IMG/VR virus record: IMGVR_UViG_3300036045_000523
Coordinates: 2,117 to 66,116 of that record
Reading direction: 5' to 3' (one strand)
Length of the DNA stretch: 64,000 nucleotides
From: a virus
Lineage: Duplodnaviria > Caudoviricetes
Every line of letters starts with the position of its first letter. The first letter of the stretch is position 1. The position numbers were made by a program, and so were the translations under genes. Below, piece after piece: positions 1-9,070 of this stretch. Below the pieces are notes generated by a model. That model searched no databases and was not told the origin of the DNA. It worked only from the letters and a program-made list of their open reading frames with translations.

Positions 1-480
1 AAATCACCTTCTCCGGAGCAAAAGGAAATCATCCAAAAGCTACAGGAAAAAGGTATTAAAACAAATAAAAAGACTAACCCGACTACAGCAAGTCCGACAA
101 AAGCTGATATGAAATTAGCTAAGAAAAATTTTGATGACAATGCAAAAGAATATAATGTGTTGGCGACAGGAGCTATTCAGAAAGGGATTAATCCGGAGAA
201 AGACCAATCAGTTATCCGTGCATTAGCGAAAAAGAATGATTCAGAAAATAAATTATTTGAAATCAACTCAAAAGTTTTTGAACAAGAATATCGTGAAGAA
301 AGACGACAACAGGAATTAAAAGGTGTCGTAGCTATCAAGAAAAATCAATTAGAAGCAAGAATGAAAGAAAGAGGTATGTCGAAAAAGGATTATGAAGTTT
401 TCTACAATCGTTTAAAAGCGGAAGGCAAGATTTTCACGGTCAAGGAAATAAACGAAGAATTATTGCAATGGGTTACATAA
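1..480 (+). CDS. 3' part of a modular protein, third paralogue of the 568..2169 / 5187..6329 family; 5' end outside the window
   Basis: The frame is open from base 1 and reads KSPSPEQKEIIQKLQEK, matching the post-Cys linker of both paralogues (TPSPQQKEVIKKI, EPTPQQKEIVKDL). Confidence 0.65.
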   Translation, partial: KSPSPEQKEIIQKLQEKGIKTNKKTNPTTASPTKADMKLAKKNFDDNAKEYNVLATGAIQKGINPEKDQSVIRALAKKNDSENKLFEINSKVFEQEYREERRQQELKGVVAIKKNQLEARMKERGMSKKDYEVFYNRLKAEGKIFTVKEINEELLQWVT

Positions 481-525
481 ACGCTCCGGGTCGTAAGGGT
501 ACGCTTAGACCGATATTTTTTCCCT

Positions 526-548
526 ATCTGCGGATTGTCCGCAGATAG
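526..548. terminator. Palindrome ATCTGCGGA-n-TCCGCAGAT, copy 1, between convergent genes
   Basis: tatctgcggattgtccgcagata. Related copies at 4217-4240 and 6448-6466. Confidence 0.6.
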
Positions 549-567
549 AATTTAATTAGTTGTATTT

Positions 568-2169
568 TTAGAATAACTTTGGCTCATCTTCTTCTCTGTC
601 ATCTGAAGTTTTACTTCTTCTAGTATTCTTTGTTTTTCCTCCTGCGTAAGTTTCTTGTATTCTTCCGAGGACTTCTGCATAAATTTCATCCTTTACTTTT
701 TTAGCGTTTTCTCCATCTGCAATCCTTGTAGCCGCCCGGTTAATTGCTTCGCTGATTGCTCCAGTAAAAGCTTTCTCTTGATCAAAAACCCGCAGCGCGA
801 TGTCTGCCGATTCAGAGACCTCACGGGATTTATCAATATCTATTTGATTTCCTGCTTTTTCCAGTTCCTTGGCAGTTGTAGACTTACCTACAATACCAAA
901 TAATTTCTTTTCTCTGGAAAGCCGACGTTTAATCTCAGACTGAATCTCTGCTTTTTCAATAGCAAGCGATCGCTGTCCTGGTTCAAACCCGAGCAACCCT
1001 AAAAGTCCACCATCTTCTTCCTGAACTTTTGGGGCTGAGTTGACCATATCAGCCAACTCCTTAATCGTATCGTTTGTTACCTTCTTACCTCGCTTCTCAT
1101 GCTTTTCAATTAACTCAACCAGTTCTGCTTGTTGCTTAGCGTCTTTAATCATCCCTCCAATTACTACCGCTCTTTCTTGAGGAAATTCACCTGTTACAAC
1201 TCGGTTGAACAAACCATCGTTAAGACTAGCCAATGCAATACCATCGGTTGCGATTTTCTCACGGAGGGGAATTCCTTTGTCGTCTAAATCTTTCTGGGTT
1301 AGTCCCGTATCACGGAAAAATTTTGCAGCATCCAAAGGAGTTCCTCTTCCCTCAGCAATATTTGTTAAAGCTCCCGTTGCTCTGGCTTCTTCAGCTGATT
1401 TTGCTTTAATGTATCGGACAGTTACTTCATCGACTCCCTGTTCTTTAGCTAGATTAGCACGGTTGTGACCGTTGATTACATAGGTCTTTCCGTCTGCGGG
1501 GTCTTCCCATACTTGGATAATACCAGCTAGTTCTGGATCCCACTTGCGAACACCAGTTAGTGAGCCAGAACTACCAGATTTAGAATGCACTAATTTATAT
1601 TGAAACCTACTAGGGTCAAGGTTTAATTCAGAAGTGGCAACATCTGCAACTCCAGAGCGTAGTCTTTTCTGAGCATTATTTTTTATTTTTTTAATTACCT
1701 CCTTCTGTTGAGGTGAAGGGGTAACTCGACAAGTCAAACCCTTTTTGATGCAACTATTACCACAAGGAGTTGATTTGGCGCAATTCTTAGATTTCGCGTC
1801 TTTTTTCTTGGTAGCAAAAGTTATTTCAGAGTAATTACCATTATCATCAATATCTTTAGGATTAAGCAACTTATAACTTATCTCATTCTCGTCTAAGGTG
1901 AACTTGTATCTCTTAGTGAGCTTGGAATTAACAATGTCTATAAACGTGCCAACAATCTTATCATTATCAACTTTGACACCCTCAAACCCAGAGATACCGT
2001 CCCTATAGCTAGTTTCTAATATTTCTTTTAACTGCTCTCCGGATCCATCGTACTCAATCGATTCCAGCGACTTTATATTATTCCAAGAAATAATATTCTC
2101 AGCAAAACTTATTCCTTTGGACTCGATTAGGTGTTCACGTAAGTTTTGAAATAACATTGATAAAACCAT
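568..2169 (-). CDS. Modular phage-type protein: conserved N-domain, Cys4 motif, ParB/Srx-like C-terminal domain
   Basis: N-terminal ~160 aa paralogous to 5187..6329. Motif CAKSTPCGNSCIKKGLTC. ParB-like LDPSRFQYK...YVINGHNRANLA. Confidence 0.7.
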   Translation of the reverse strand: MVLSMLFQNLREHLIESKGISFAENIISWNNIKSLESIEYDGSGEQLKEILETSYRDGISGFEGVKVDNDKIVGTFIDIVNSKLTKRYKFTLDENEISYKLLNPKDIDDNGNYSEITFATKKKDAKSKNCAKSTPCGNSCIKKGLTCRVTPSPQQKEVIKKIKNNAQKRLRSGVADVATSELNLDPSRFQYKLVHSKSGSSGSLTGVRKWDPELAGIIQVWEDPADGKTYVINGHNRANLAKEQGVDEVTVRYIKAKSAEEARATGALTNIAEGRGTPLDAAKFFRDTGLTQKDLDDKGIPLREKIATDGIALASLNDGLFNRVVTGEFPQERAVVIGGMIKDAKQQAELVELIEKHEKRGKKVTNDTIKELADMVNSAPKVQEEDGGLLGLLGFEPGQRSLAIEKAEIQSEIKRRLSREKKLFGIVGKSTTAKELEKAGNQIDIDKSREVSESADIALRVFDQEKAFTGAISEAINRAATRIADGENAKKVKDEIYAEVLGRIQETYAGGKTKNTRRSKTSDDREEDEPKLF

Positions 2170-2186
2170 ATTTCACATTTAAAATT

Positions 2187-3959
2187 ATGCCCTGCTTACA
2201 AGAGAAAGATTTATCAGAGTTGGCTAGCGCTCATGTTGCCGCTCAGAAAGCGAATATCAAAAATCAGCGATCGCGTCTTGACCAAATCAAATCTGAATAT
2301 GAATCGCTAAAATCCAACCCAAATACTGATAGCTTGAAGCTCAAAGAAGTTGAGTCCGCCATAGCTGACCTAGATTACCACCTTAACGGACGGGTAGCGC
2401 GATCGCAACTTGAGGAAGAGAGTGAAGCACTAACAAGGTCGGGGTTAAACGCTGACCGATTAAACAAACTTAAACAAACTTTAGCCAATAGTAAAGACGA
2501 TATCCTCAAAGACCCAGACCTAAAAACTGCTGAGGAGCGATCGCAAGTTATGGAAGCTCTCTACAAACAACGCGCACAATTCCAATTTGAGGATACTGCA
2601 CACGATAAGGACAAGGATGGTAATTCTATACCTCGTTATGCCTCAGTGTTTGGCGCTCCTACAGTTAAAAGAATGATAGACCAGGGAGAACGAGAAATTG
2701 CTGAGGATTTGATGCTAAGGTCTGTATCCCTGGTGTCTGGAGGTGATACCACTAAAAATCCCTCTGATTATTTAGATGCAACTGGAATAGAGGTCAAGAA
2801 ATCTCTAAGCGATGGTATTGAACATCACCATATATACAATAATGTGTACGTAGATCAAGAAGGACGTGTAGCTCCCAATTCTGTCCGTTTTCACCAAAAT
2901 TCCAAAACAGGTGACATTGAGATGGAGGTGATTCCTGAGTATTGGAATTCAGCCAAGCACGGTCGGAATACTCAATTTATTGAGTTGATGGATGGGGCGC
3001 ATAGTGGTGACGATACTGCTACTCACTTGCACTATTACAAATTTAATGATAAAGAATCAGAATTTATTAGGCAGAAGATTAAGGATAAGGTAGCAGAGAC
3101 AGTCTCCACCGCTAATGCACGACTACCTAAACTCTCCGGGGAGTTGGATGAATTGAAGGAGCGTAAAGAGAATCCCGAACAGTATAAGCAGCGGCTAAGT
3201 AACGAGGTTCAAGGCTTTGATGATGAAATCGCACTTCTGGATGCGGTAGAAACTAAATACACCACTGCTGATAGTCGAGGTGCGCGGAGGAAGAACAAGG
3301 GACTGACTGAAGACGAAGAGAAGGAATTAAATGTAGTGAGGGACAAGAAGAAGGCGATCGCAAAGGCTAAAGATAAGGTTCAGAAGTCACTCTCGGAGCA
3401 TCAGGAGTTTATGGATGCTGAAAGCAACATTAAGCACTGGAGTCAGCAAGCATCTGAGTTGGAAGCAAAGGCTAAGGCGATTAAGTTAAATGTTAAATTC
3501 CCTACTGATGAATACCCTGATAAAGATAGTGCTAAGGCGGCTAAGTTAATTTATGAAAACCAAGCTAGAGAATTGCGCCAAAAAGCTAAGAATAGTCAAA
3601 GATTGCTGCGAGATAAAGGTTCTCTTGACCAGCAAATTAGGGATAAGCAGTTTAAGTTAAACGAAGCTCAAAAATTAGCTAATTTAAGCGAATCTGAAGC
3701 ACTAGCTATATACGAGCGCACTAACGGTTACTTCAGCTTCGATAAAGGGCATCAAGAGAGTCAGGACTACTCCAAATCAAGACCTCGGATGAATGCGGAA
3801 ATTCACAAGCACAATGTCCGTGAAACTATTGAAGTGCTAGAATCCGAGGGCAAAGATATCACTGAATCTTTACAGGAGATAGCCCGAAAAAACTACAAAC
3901 GTAACTTATTATATAATTTAGAACCACTTGTAAACAAAGCCGCAGGAACCTTAAAATGA
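2187..3959 (+). CDS. Putative HNH/LHH-like nuclease toxin with a long coiled-coil insertion
   Basis: IEHHHI...FIELMDGAH...THLHYY, then ~230 aa of coiled coil, then FDK...YSKSR. ATG at 2187. Confidence 0.45.
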   Translation: MPCLQEKDLSELASAHVAAQKANIKNQRSRLDQIKSEYESLKSNPNTDSLKLKEVESAIADLDYHLNGRVARSQLEEESEALTRSGLNADRLNKLKQTLANSKDDILKDPDLKTAEERSQVMEALYKQRAQFQFEDTAHDKDKDGNSIPRYASVFGAPTVKRMIDQGEREIAEDLMLRSVSLVSGGDTTKNPSDYLDATGIEVKKSLSDGIEHHHIYNNVYVDQEGRVAPNSVRFHQNSKTGDIEMEVIPEYWNSAKHGRNTQFIELMDGAHSGDDTATHLHYYKFNDKESEFIRQKIKDKVAETVSTANARLPKLSGELDELKERKENPEQYKQRLSNEVQGFDDEIALLDAVETKYTTADSRGARRKNKGLTEDEEKELNVVRDKKKAIAKAKDKVQKSLSEHQEFMDAESNIKHWSQQASELEAKAKAIKLNVKFPTDEYPDKDSAKAAKLIYENQARELRQKAKNSQRLLRDKGSLDQQIRDKQFKLNEAQKLANLSESEALAIYERTNGYFSFDKGHQESQDYSKSRPRMNAEIHKHNVRETIEVLESEGKDITESLQEIARKNYKRNLLYNLEPLVNKAAGTLK

Positions 3960-4210
3960 GAAGCTTTTGGTACGAGTATTTAGGTGACAGAATTGAGGTT
4001 ATTTTTTCACTTATTAAAAATGGTCGCTGGTGGTTTCACCATGAGTCCAAGGAAAAGCTAGGTGTTGAGTTTGACTACCCATATCCTGAAAACGATAACG
4101 AGCTGAGGATAGGTATGGATGACCTGGAAGAGTTAGACCCAGAAGTGCGCTCAATGCTGTTTCAGAAGTTGCAACTGGATGCACCGGAATTCGGATTATC
4201 CTACTCTTAG
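3956..4210 (+). CDS. Small acidic protein, putative immunity partner
   Basis: ATGA overlap with the upstream toxin-like ORF; 84 aa. Confidence 0.5.
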   Translation: MRSFWYEYLGDRIEVIFSLIKNGRWWFHHESKEKLGVEFDYPYPENDNELRIGMDDLEELDPEVRSMLFQKLQLDAPEFGLSYS

Positions 4211-4216
4211 AGGCAA

Positions 4217-4240
4217 CCATCTGCGGATATCCGCAGATGG
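4217..4240. terminator. Perfect palindrome CCATCTGCGGATATCCGCAGATGG between convergent genes
   Basis: Seen directly in the sequence. Confidence 0.65.
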
Positions 4241-4256
4241 TTCTGTGAAAGTCTAG

Positions 4257-4889
4257 TTACTCAAATAGTACGCACTGCTTTCCTGTTGTGTCTTTCACAG
4301 CTTTTTTAAACCCTTCTATGTCGGTATTTAAGCGTGCCAAATCGGACGTTCTGACATCTTTAACAAATACGCAGCGACCATCTGTCCAAAGTTCATAGCC
4401 CGATTCGCTTTTGCCTAAAAATGTTCTAGGTGCTTCAGGCGGTGTATTAATGTTATTGCTAGCTACTGACGTAACTGGAGGTCTGTAGCTAAAAGCTGAC
4501 CATATCCAGACAAACACCAGAGCAATGACAATTCCCAAAATAAAAGTGAGTTTATTGACTGCTACGGTGTTTTCTACATACTCCGCTCCACGCAAAACAA
4601 AATGCTTGCTCCACATTGGATAGTGTTTATTCTTTGATGTAGTAAACGTAATTTTTACTACAACAGCTTTGGGTGATTCAATTTCTAAAAGCGCTTTTAA
4701 TACTGCTTCGCTGGTTGCTTGAGGTTCTAGTTTGGAAGGCGAACTTATACTTATCCAAAACACGCCAAATTGTATCTCGACTTCTACCCTTGCTCCTTTG
4801 TCAACTAATGCTTGCTCTATGGCATAGGCGATGGGAGCGATCGCATTGCCATCACCTTGTTCTACTGAGATGTGTATGTTATCCGACAT
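4257..4889 (-). CDS. Hypothetical single-pass membrane protein
   Basis: 210-aa ORF with TM segment LTFILGIVIALVFVWIW. Confidence 0.75.
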   Translation of the reverse strand: MSDNIHISVEQGDGNAIAPIAYAIEQALVDKGARVEVEIQFGVFWISISSPSKLEPQATSEAVLKALLEIESPKAVVVKITFTTSKNKHYPMWSKHFVLRGAEYVENTVAVNKLTFILGIVIALVFVWIWSAFSYRPPVTSVASNNINTPPEAPRTFLGKSESGYELWTDGRCVFVKDVRTSDLARLNTDIEGFKKAVKDTTGKQCVLFE

Positions 4890-4993
4890 ATTGAAACCCT
4901 ATGTAATAGTTTTGACCTATTACTAAGTATTCCCAGGTTGGCAGGGGACTTTTAAGGTTGCTAAGCTCAAGCTGAAACCTAACAGAGACGCAG
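4887..4993 (-). repeat. ~106-bp leader/promoter cassette, copy A (inverted relative to 6493-6598)
   Basis: Its reverse complement is nearly identical to 6493-6598; both copies end on an ATG. Confidence 0.9.
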
Positions 4994-4996
4994 TCG

Positions 4997-5194
4997 TCAA
5001 TTTTTTAAATCCTTATATACTTGCTTATAAAGCTGAGAATAGTCTGTTGCTTTAAGTTTATTATCTTTTGAAAGGTTAGCAGCAGAGTTTTGATAGCCTT
5101 GAAGAAGTTGAATAAAATCTTTTTCTGTGATATCTGGTGATTCTTCCAAGATAGATTTAGCATAATCCTTTGCATTGTCAATAAAATTAGCCAT
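4997..5194 (-). CDS. Small protein coupled to 5187..6329, putative immunity partner
   Basis: 65 aa; overlaps the stop of the upstream gene. Confidence 0.55.
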   Translation of the reverse strand: MANFIDNAKDYAKSILEESPDITEKDFIQLLQGYQNSAANLSKDNKLKATDYSQLYKQVYKDLKN

Positions 5195-6329
5195 ATTTAG
5201 CTGCTTCTTTGTTTATAGTATCTGTATGTGTCCCGTCTAGAAATTCTGAAGCCTGTTTAAGATAAGCATCTAAATGTTTGTTTTCAAACATTTTGTTTAA
5301 ATAATCTTTGATTATTGGCTTAATCTTAGATTTATTTTGATAAATTGTTGCCTCCGGAATATATTGTTTAGCTACTTTTTGCGCGTAATCAACCGCAAAT
5401 GCTTGAGCATCCTCAATTTTGAGCTTGCTTTGGGACATTTTCTGAATTACCATAACTAAACCTTCTTCAATTGGGTCTGGGCCTAAGTCAGAATACCCTA
5501 TACGCTTGGCTATTTGAGGAGAAGTCTCACCAACCATTGTTTGTACAAGTGTATGTATACCATCATGAGGAATCAATCCAGTAATTGGATACCCTCTTTC
5601 TTTTAACCATTTAATGGTTTTTTTTGCAGTTTCTTCAGGAGAAGGCGGAGGCGCTTGGTTTTTTCCTTCTAAATTTGCACTTTTACTAGGCAATGACGTA
5701 TCAACGTTATTTTTGGCGGCACTTTTACCCTTGTTTTTCGCACCTTTATCCTCCTTAGTACTTACATTGCTGGCGCTATCAGTCTTTGAAGCAAGCGGTG
5801 TTTTTGAGGATTTGCTTTTGCCCTTGCCCTTCTCAATCAAATCTTTAACAATTTCTTTCTGCTGAGGTGTCGGTTCATGATTACACCTAGTTTTTTCCCC
5901 AGATTTGGTTTTTAGTGGTAGACAAGTACCACCACAAGCAAACCCCTTTTTACAATTCTTCTTTTTGGCAGTAGCAACAAATTCAGGTTCCTCAAAGTTT
6001 GTTGCCTCTATTTCATCCCGGTTAATTGGGGAGTAGCTAACGTTGTTGGCAGTAACAGTAAATTCGTAACGTTTCGTTAATGAAGGTGAAATAATATCGA
6101 TAAATATGCCTGTAATTTTGTTGTCCTGGACTCGGACATTCTCAAATCCATCAACACCGTCGGCGTAGGATGATTCAATTATTGCTTTGAGTTGCTCTCC
6201 AGATTCATCAAAATTGATATGTCTAAGCTGATTGATGACATCCCAAGGGGCAACTGATTCTGCAAAATTAATCCCGTTGTCCGCTATAAGGTGTTCACGT
6301 AGGTTTTGAAATAGCGTTGCAAGTACCAA
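5187..6329 (-). CDS. Modular phage-type protein: conserved N-domain, Cys4 motif, variable C-terminal domain with HDGIH
   Basis: N-terminus LFQNLREHLI...FAE...SGEQLK...LTKRY shared with 568..2169; CKKGFACGGTC...C. Confidence 0.7.
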   Translation of the reverse strand: MVLATLFQNLREHLIADNGINFAESVAPWDVINQLRHINFDESGEQLKAIIESSYADGVDGFENVRVQDNKITGIFIDIISPSLTKRYEFTVTANNVSYSPINRDEIEATNFEEPEFVATAKKKNCKKGFACGGTCLPLKTKSGEKTRCNHEPTPQQKEIVKDLIEKGKGKSKSSKTPLASKTDSASNVSTKEDKGAKNKGKSAAKNNVDTSLPSKSANLEGKNQAPPPSPEETAKKTIKWLKERGYPITGLIPHDGIHTLVQTMVGETSPQIAKRIGYSDLGPDPIEEGLVMVIQKMSQSKLKIEDAQAFAVDYAQKVAKQYIPEATIYQNKSKIKPIIKDYLNKMFENKHLDAYLKQASEFLDGTHTDTINKEAAKYG

Positions 6330-6492
6330 AGAACTCTACCTAATTCCTCATGCCACATTTTAACCACCGATTGTAAGGTTTGGTGAAATTAACCCCAGAA
6401 AAGCGCGATCGCTCGGCATTGGGCGGGAAGACCCAAACCTTAACTAGTGCGGATATCCGCAGATGGAAACAACAAAAAGACGCAGTGGTCAG

Positions 6493-6598
6493 CTGCGTCT
6501 CTATTGGGTTTCAGCTTGAGCTTAGCAACCTTAAAAGTCCCCTGCCAACCTGGGAATACTTAGTAATAGGTCAAAACTGTTACATAGGGTTTAATATG
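6493..6598 (+). repeat. ~106-bp leader/promoter cassette, copy B
   Basis: See copy A. Confidence 0.9.
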
Positions 6599-7771
6599 GG
6601 TTTCACTGAAGATTTAGGTAAATTGTCTGAAAGAGTAGCTAGCAGACTACACGTTGTCGTCGGCGAAGAAAACACCAAGGCAGCATTCATATCACCTTTC
6701 TTAGGTATTCTAGGATATGACACAACTGACCCGACCGAGGTAATACATGAGTACTTTGCTGATTTTGCTACACCTGGGAAGGTTAAGCCAAAGAAGGTAG
6801 ATTACGCGATCGCAATTAACAGTAAAATAGTAATGCTAGTTGAAGCCAAGGCCTGTACTGAGAAACCAGAAGTCCACGATGGGCAATTAAAGTTTTACTT
6901 CAACGCAGTACGTACAGCACGAATTAGTATTGTTACCAACGGAGTTGAATATCTCTTCTTTACTGACCTTGAAGACAGTAATATGATGGACAAAGAGCCA
7001 TTCTTCACCTTCAACATTTTAGATTACGGTTCTAAGGAAATTGAAAATCTCAAGCTTTTCCACCGTGATAATTTTGATCCAACCAAAATAAAGAATGATG
7101 CTGAGGAGATACTTTACTCTCAAGGTATAAGCGGACTAGTGGATAGTATTTTAGTTTCCCCCTCAGACAAATTTGTTCACTTTTTGATTAAGGAGATGGG
7201 AACGGTTGCATCAAAGTATGAATTTAGAGGTGTGGTTACTGCGAACATAATCAAGAAGTTTCATCCTATTGTTAAACGTTCCCTTCAAGCTAGCTTAGTG
7301 TCACTCATTACTCGGTCGGTTAATCAGGAGATGACTCATCCTGAGAGTAGTACCGTTTCTCCACCGGAAGTAGATGAACTAGAGATTGAGTTAGAAATTG
7401 AAGAGAAAAACAATATTGTCACCACTGAAGAAGAGTTGTCAGCCTTTGCTAAAATTCAGGCGATCGCCAAAACGTCAACTAAGTTCAAGCTTGAACCCCA
7501 ATCCAAGGATACTGTGTCATACTTTGGCATTAATCTTGGGAAATCAACCTGGTGGTTCATGCGATTGTACTTATCCTCAGCTAAAAAGAGCTTGATTGCG
7601 AGGATAAATCCTGAGGAAGCGAAAACTCTTGCACCTAATTTTACAATTCAGGAAGTACCAGGAGTTAATGGCGAAATACTATCAAAGGTTGCTATTGGTT
7701 CAATAGAAGACTTAGACAAGCTTAAGCCTTTGATTGTCAAGTGCTACGAACTAGAAGCTGCAAAACATTAA
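6596..7771 (+). CDS. Type I restriction HsdR-N-like (PD-(D/E)xK) endonuclease domain protein
   Basis: EENTKAAFISPFLGILGYD...KVDYAI...LVEAK...QL..YF...TNG.EY.FFTD. Real start is probably ATG 6596. Confidence 0.75.
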   Translation: MGFTEDLGKLSERVASRLHVVVGEENTKAAFISPFLGILGYDTTDPTEVIHEYFADFATPGKVKPKKVDYAIAINSKIVMLVEAKACTEKPEVHDGQLKFYFNAVRTARISIVTNGVEYLFFTDLEDSNMMDKEPFFTFNILDYGSKEIENLKLFHRDNFDPTKIKNDAEEILYSQGISGLVDSILVSPSDKFVHFLIKEMGTVASKYEFRGVVTANIIKKFHPIVKRSLQASLVSLITRSVNQEMTHPESSTVSPPEVDELEIELEIEEKNNIVTTEEELSAFAKIQAIAKTSTKFKLEPQSKDTVSYFGINLGKSTWWFMRLYLSSAKKSLIARINPEEAKTLAPNFTIQEVPGVNGEILSKVAIGSIEDLDKLKPLIVKCYELEAAKH

Positions 7772-7808
7772 ATGGATGACGTAAATGATGCCAGCTGGCA
7801 TCATTTAC

Positions 7809-9070
7809 CAAGAAATTGGGTTTAAAGCCCCGTCCTTATAGGACGGCTTTTCTTTGTTTTAAAAATAAACATTGTTTTTTCGTAGTTTTACATATAATAG
7901 TAACATGAAAACACTAAAGTTTAAGTTCTATCAACATAAGCGGAATAGACATCTCAAGCAGATGATTAACGCTTCTGGGTTGATTTATAACCATTGCATA
8001 GCTCTACATAAACGATATTACCGGATGTGGGGTAAACATTTAAACTGTGCTTTCCTTCAGTCTCATATTGCCAAGTTGAGAAAGCGAAATCGATTTTGGC
8101 AATCGGTAGGTTCTCAAGCAGTACAAGATATCTGTCAACGTATTGATAAAGCCTACCAGTTATTTTTTAAGCACAATAAGAAAGGAGTTAGACCACCAGG
8201 ATTTAAAAAAGTCAAGAAATATAAATCATTCACTCTTAAGCAAACTGGTTATAAGTTTTTAGGTGGTAACAAAGTCAAAATAGGGAACAAAGTTTATCAA
8301 TTTTGGAAGTCTAGAGAAATTGAAGGAACAGTCAAGACATTAACTATTAAACGCACTCCATTAGGGGAGTTGTTCATGGTAGTTGTAGTTGACGACGTTG
8401 CGAATAAAGATGTCAGATTCACGACTGGTAATGTAGCGGGATTTGATTTCGGGATGAAAACGTTTCTCACTTGCTCTGATGGTTCCAAGATAGACTCACC
8501 TCAATTTCTTAAGCAATCACTCAATGTAGTCAAAAAAGCCAGTAGACAGCACTCCAAAAAGTTGAAAGGGTCAGCTAATCGAGAGCGGGCAAGAAAGAAT
8601 TTAGTACGCAAATATGAGGATATTTCTAACGCTAGACGTGATTGGTTCTGGAAATTAGCCCACGACCTCACCAATAAGTTTGATGTGCTGTGCTTTGAAA
8701 CACTCAATCTTAAGGGGATGCAACGTCTTTGGGGACGCAAGATATCAGACTTAGCCTTTGGAGAATTTCTGCAAATTTTAGAGTGGATTGCCAAGAAAAA
8801 AGGCAAGCAGGTGATATTTATAGATCAATGGTATCCGTCTAGTAAGACTTGTTCTAGTTGTGGACACGTTTTAGAAAAGCTGGACTTGTTAGTAAGAGAG
8901 TGGCGTTGTCCGTCCTGTCAATCGATCAACGGGAGGGACGAAAACGCAGCTAAGAATATTTGTGCAGTTGGGGCATCAACTGTTGGGTTAGATGATGTAA
9001 GACGGTATAAAACCGCAATTGTTGTTTGAGCCTAGAATCTCCGCACATTCTTGGGCGGAGAGTATGTCAA
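7809..9070 (+). mobile_element. IS200/IS605-family element, tnpB only (IS1341-like)
   Basis: Left-end hairpin aaagccccgtcc-ttata-ggacggcttt follows TTAC. Right-end hairpin ctccgc...gcggag ends in TCAA. Confidence 0.85.
7905..9029 (+). CDS. tnpB: RNA-guided endonuclease TnpB
   Basis: RuvC residues in GFDFG, FETLNL and RDENAA; zinc finger CSSC/CPSC. Confidence 0.95.
   Translation: MKTLKFKFYQHKRNRHLKQMINASGLIYNHCIALHKRYYRMWGKHLNCAFLQSHIAKLRKRNRFWQSVGSQAVQDICQRIDKAYQLFFKHNKKGVRPPGFKKVKKYKSFTLKQTGYKFLGGNKVKIGNKVYQFWKSREIEGTVKTLTIKRTPLGELFMVVVVDDVANKDVRFTTGNVAGFDFGMKTFLTCSDGSKIDSPQFLKQSLNVVKKASRQHSKKLKGSANRERARKNLVRKYEDISNARRDWFWKLAHDLTNKFDVLCFETLNLKGMQRLWGRKISDLAFGEFLQILEWIAKKKGKQVIFIDQWYPSSKTCSSCGHVLEKLDLLVREWRCPSCQSINGRDENAAKNICAVGASTVGLDDVRRYKTAIVV

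Noticed and set aside
6380-6595. N-terminal extension of the HsdR-N-like ORF
   Set aside because: It translates the palindrome and the duplicated leader; the family-like sequence starts at ATG 6596.
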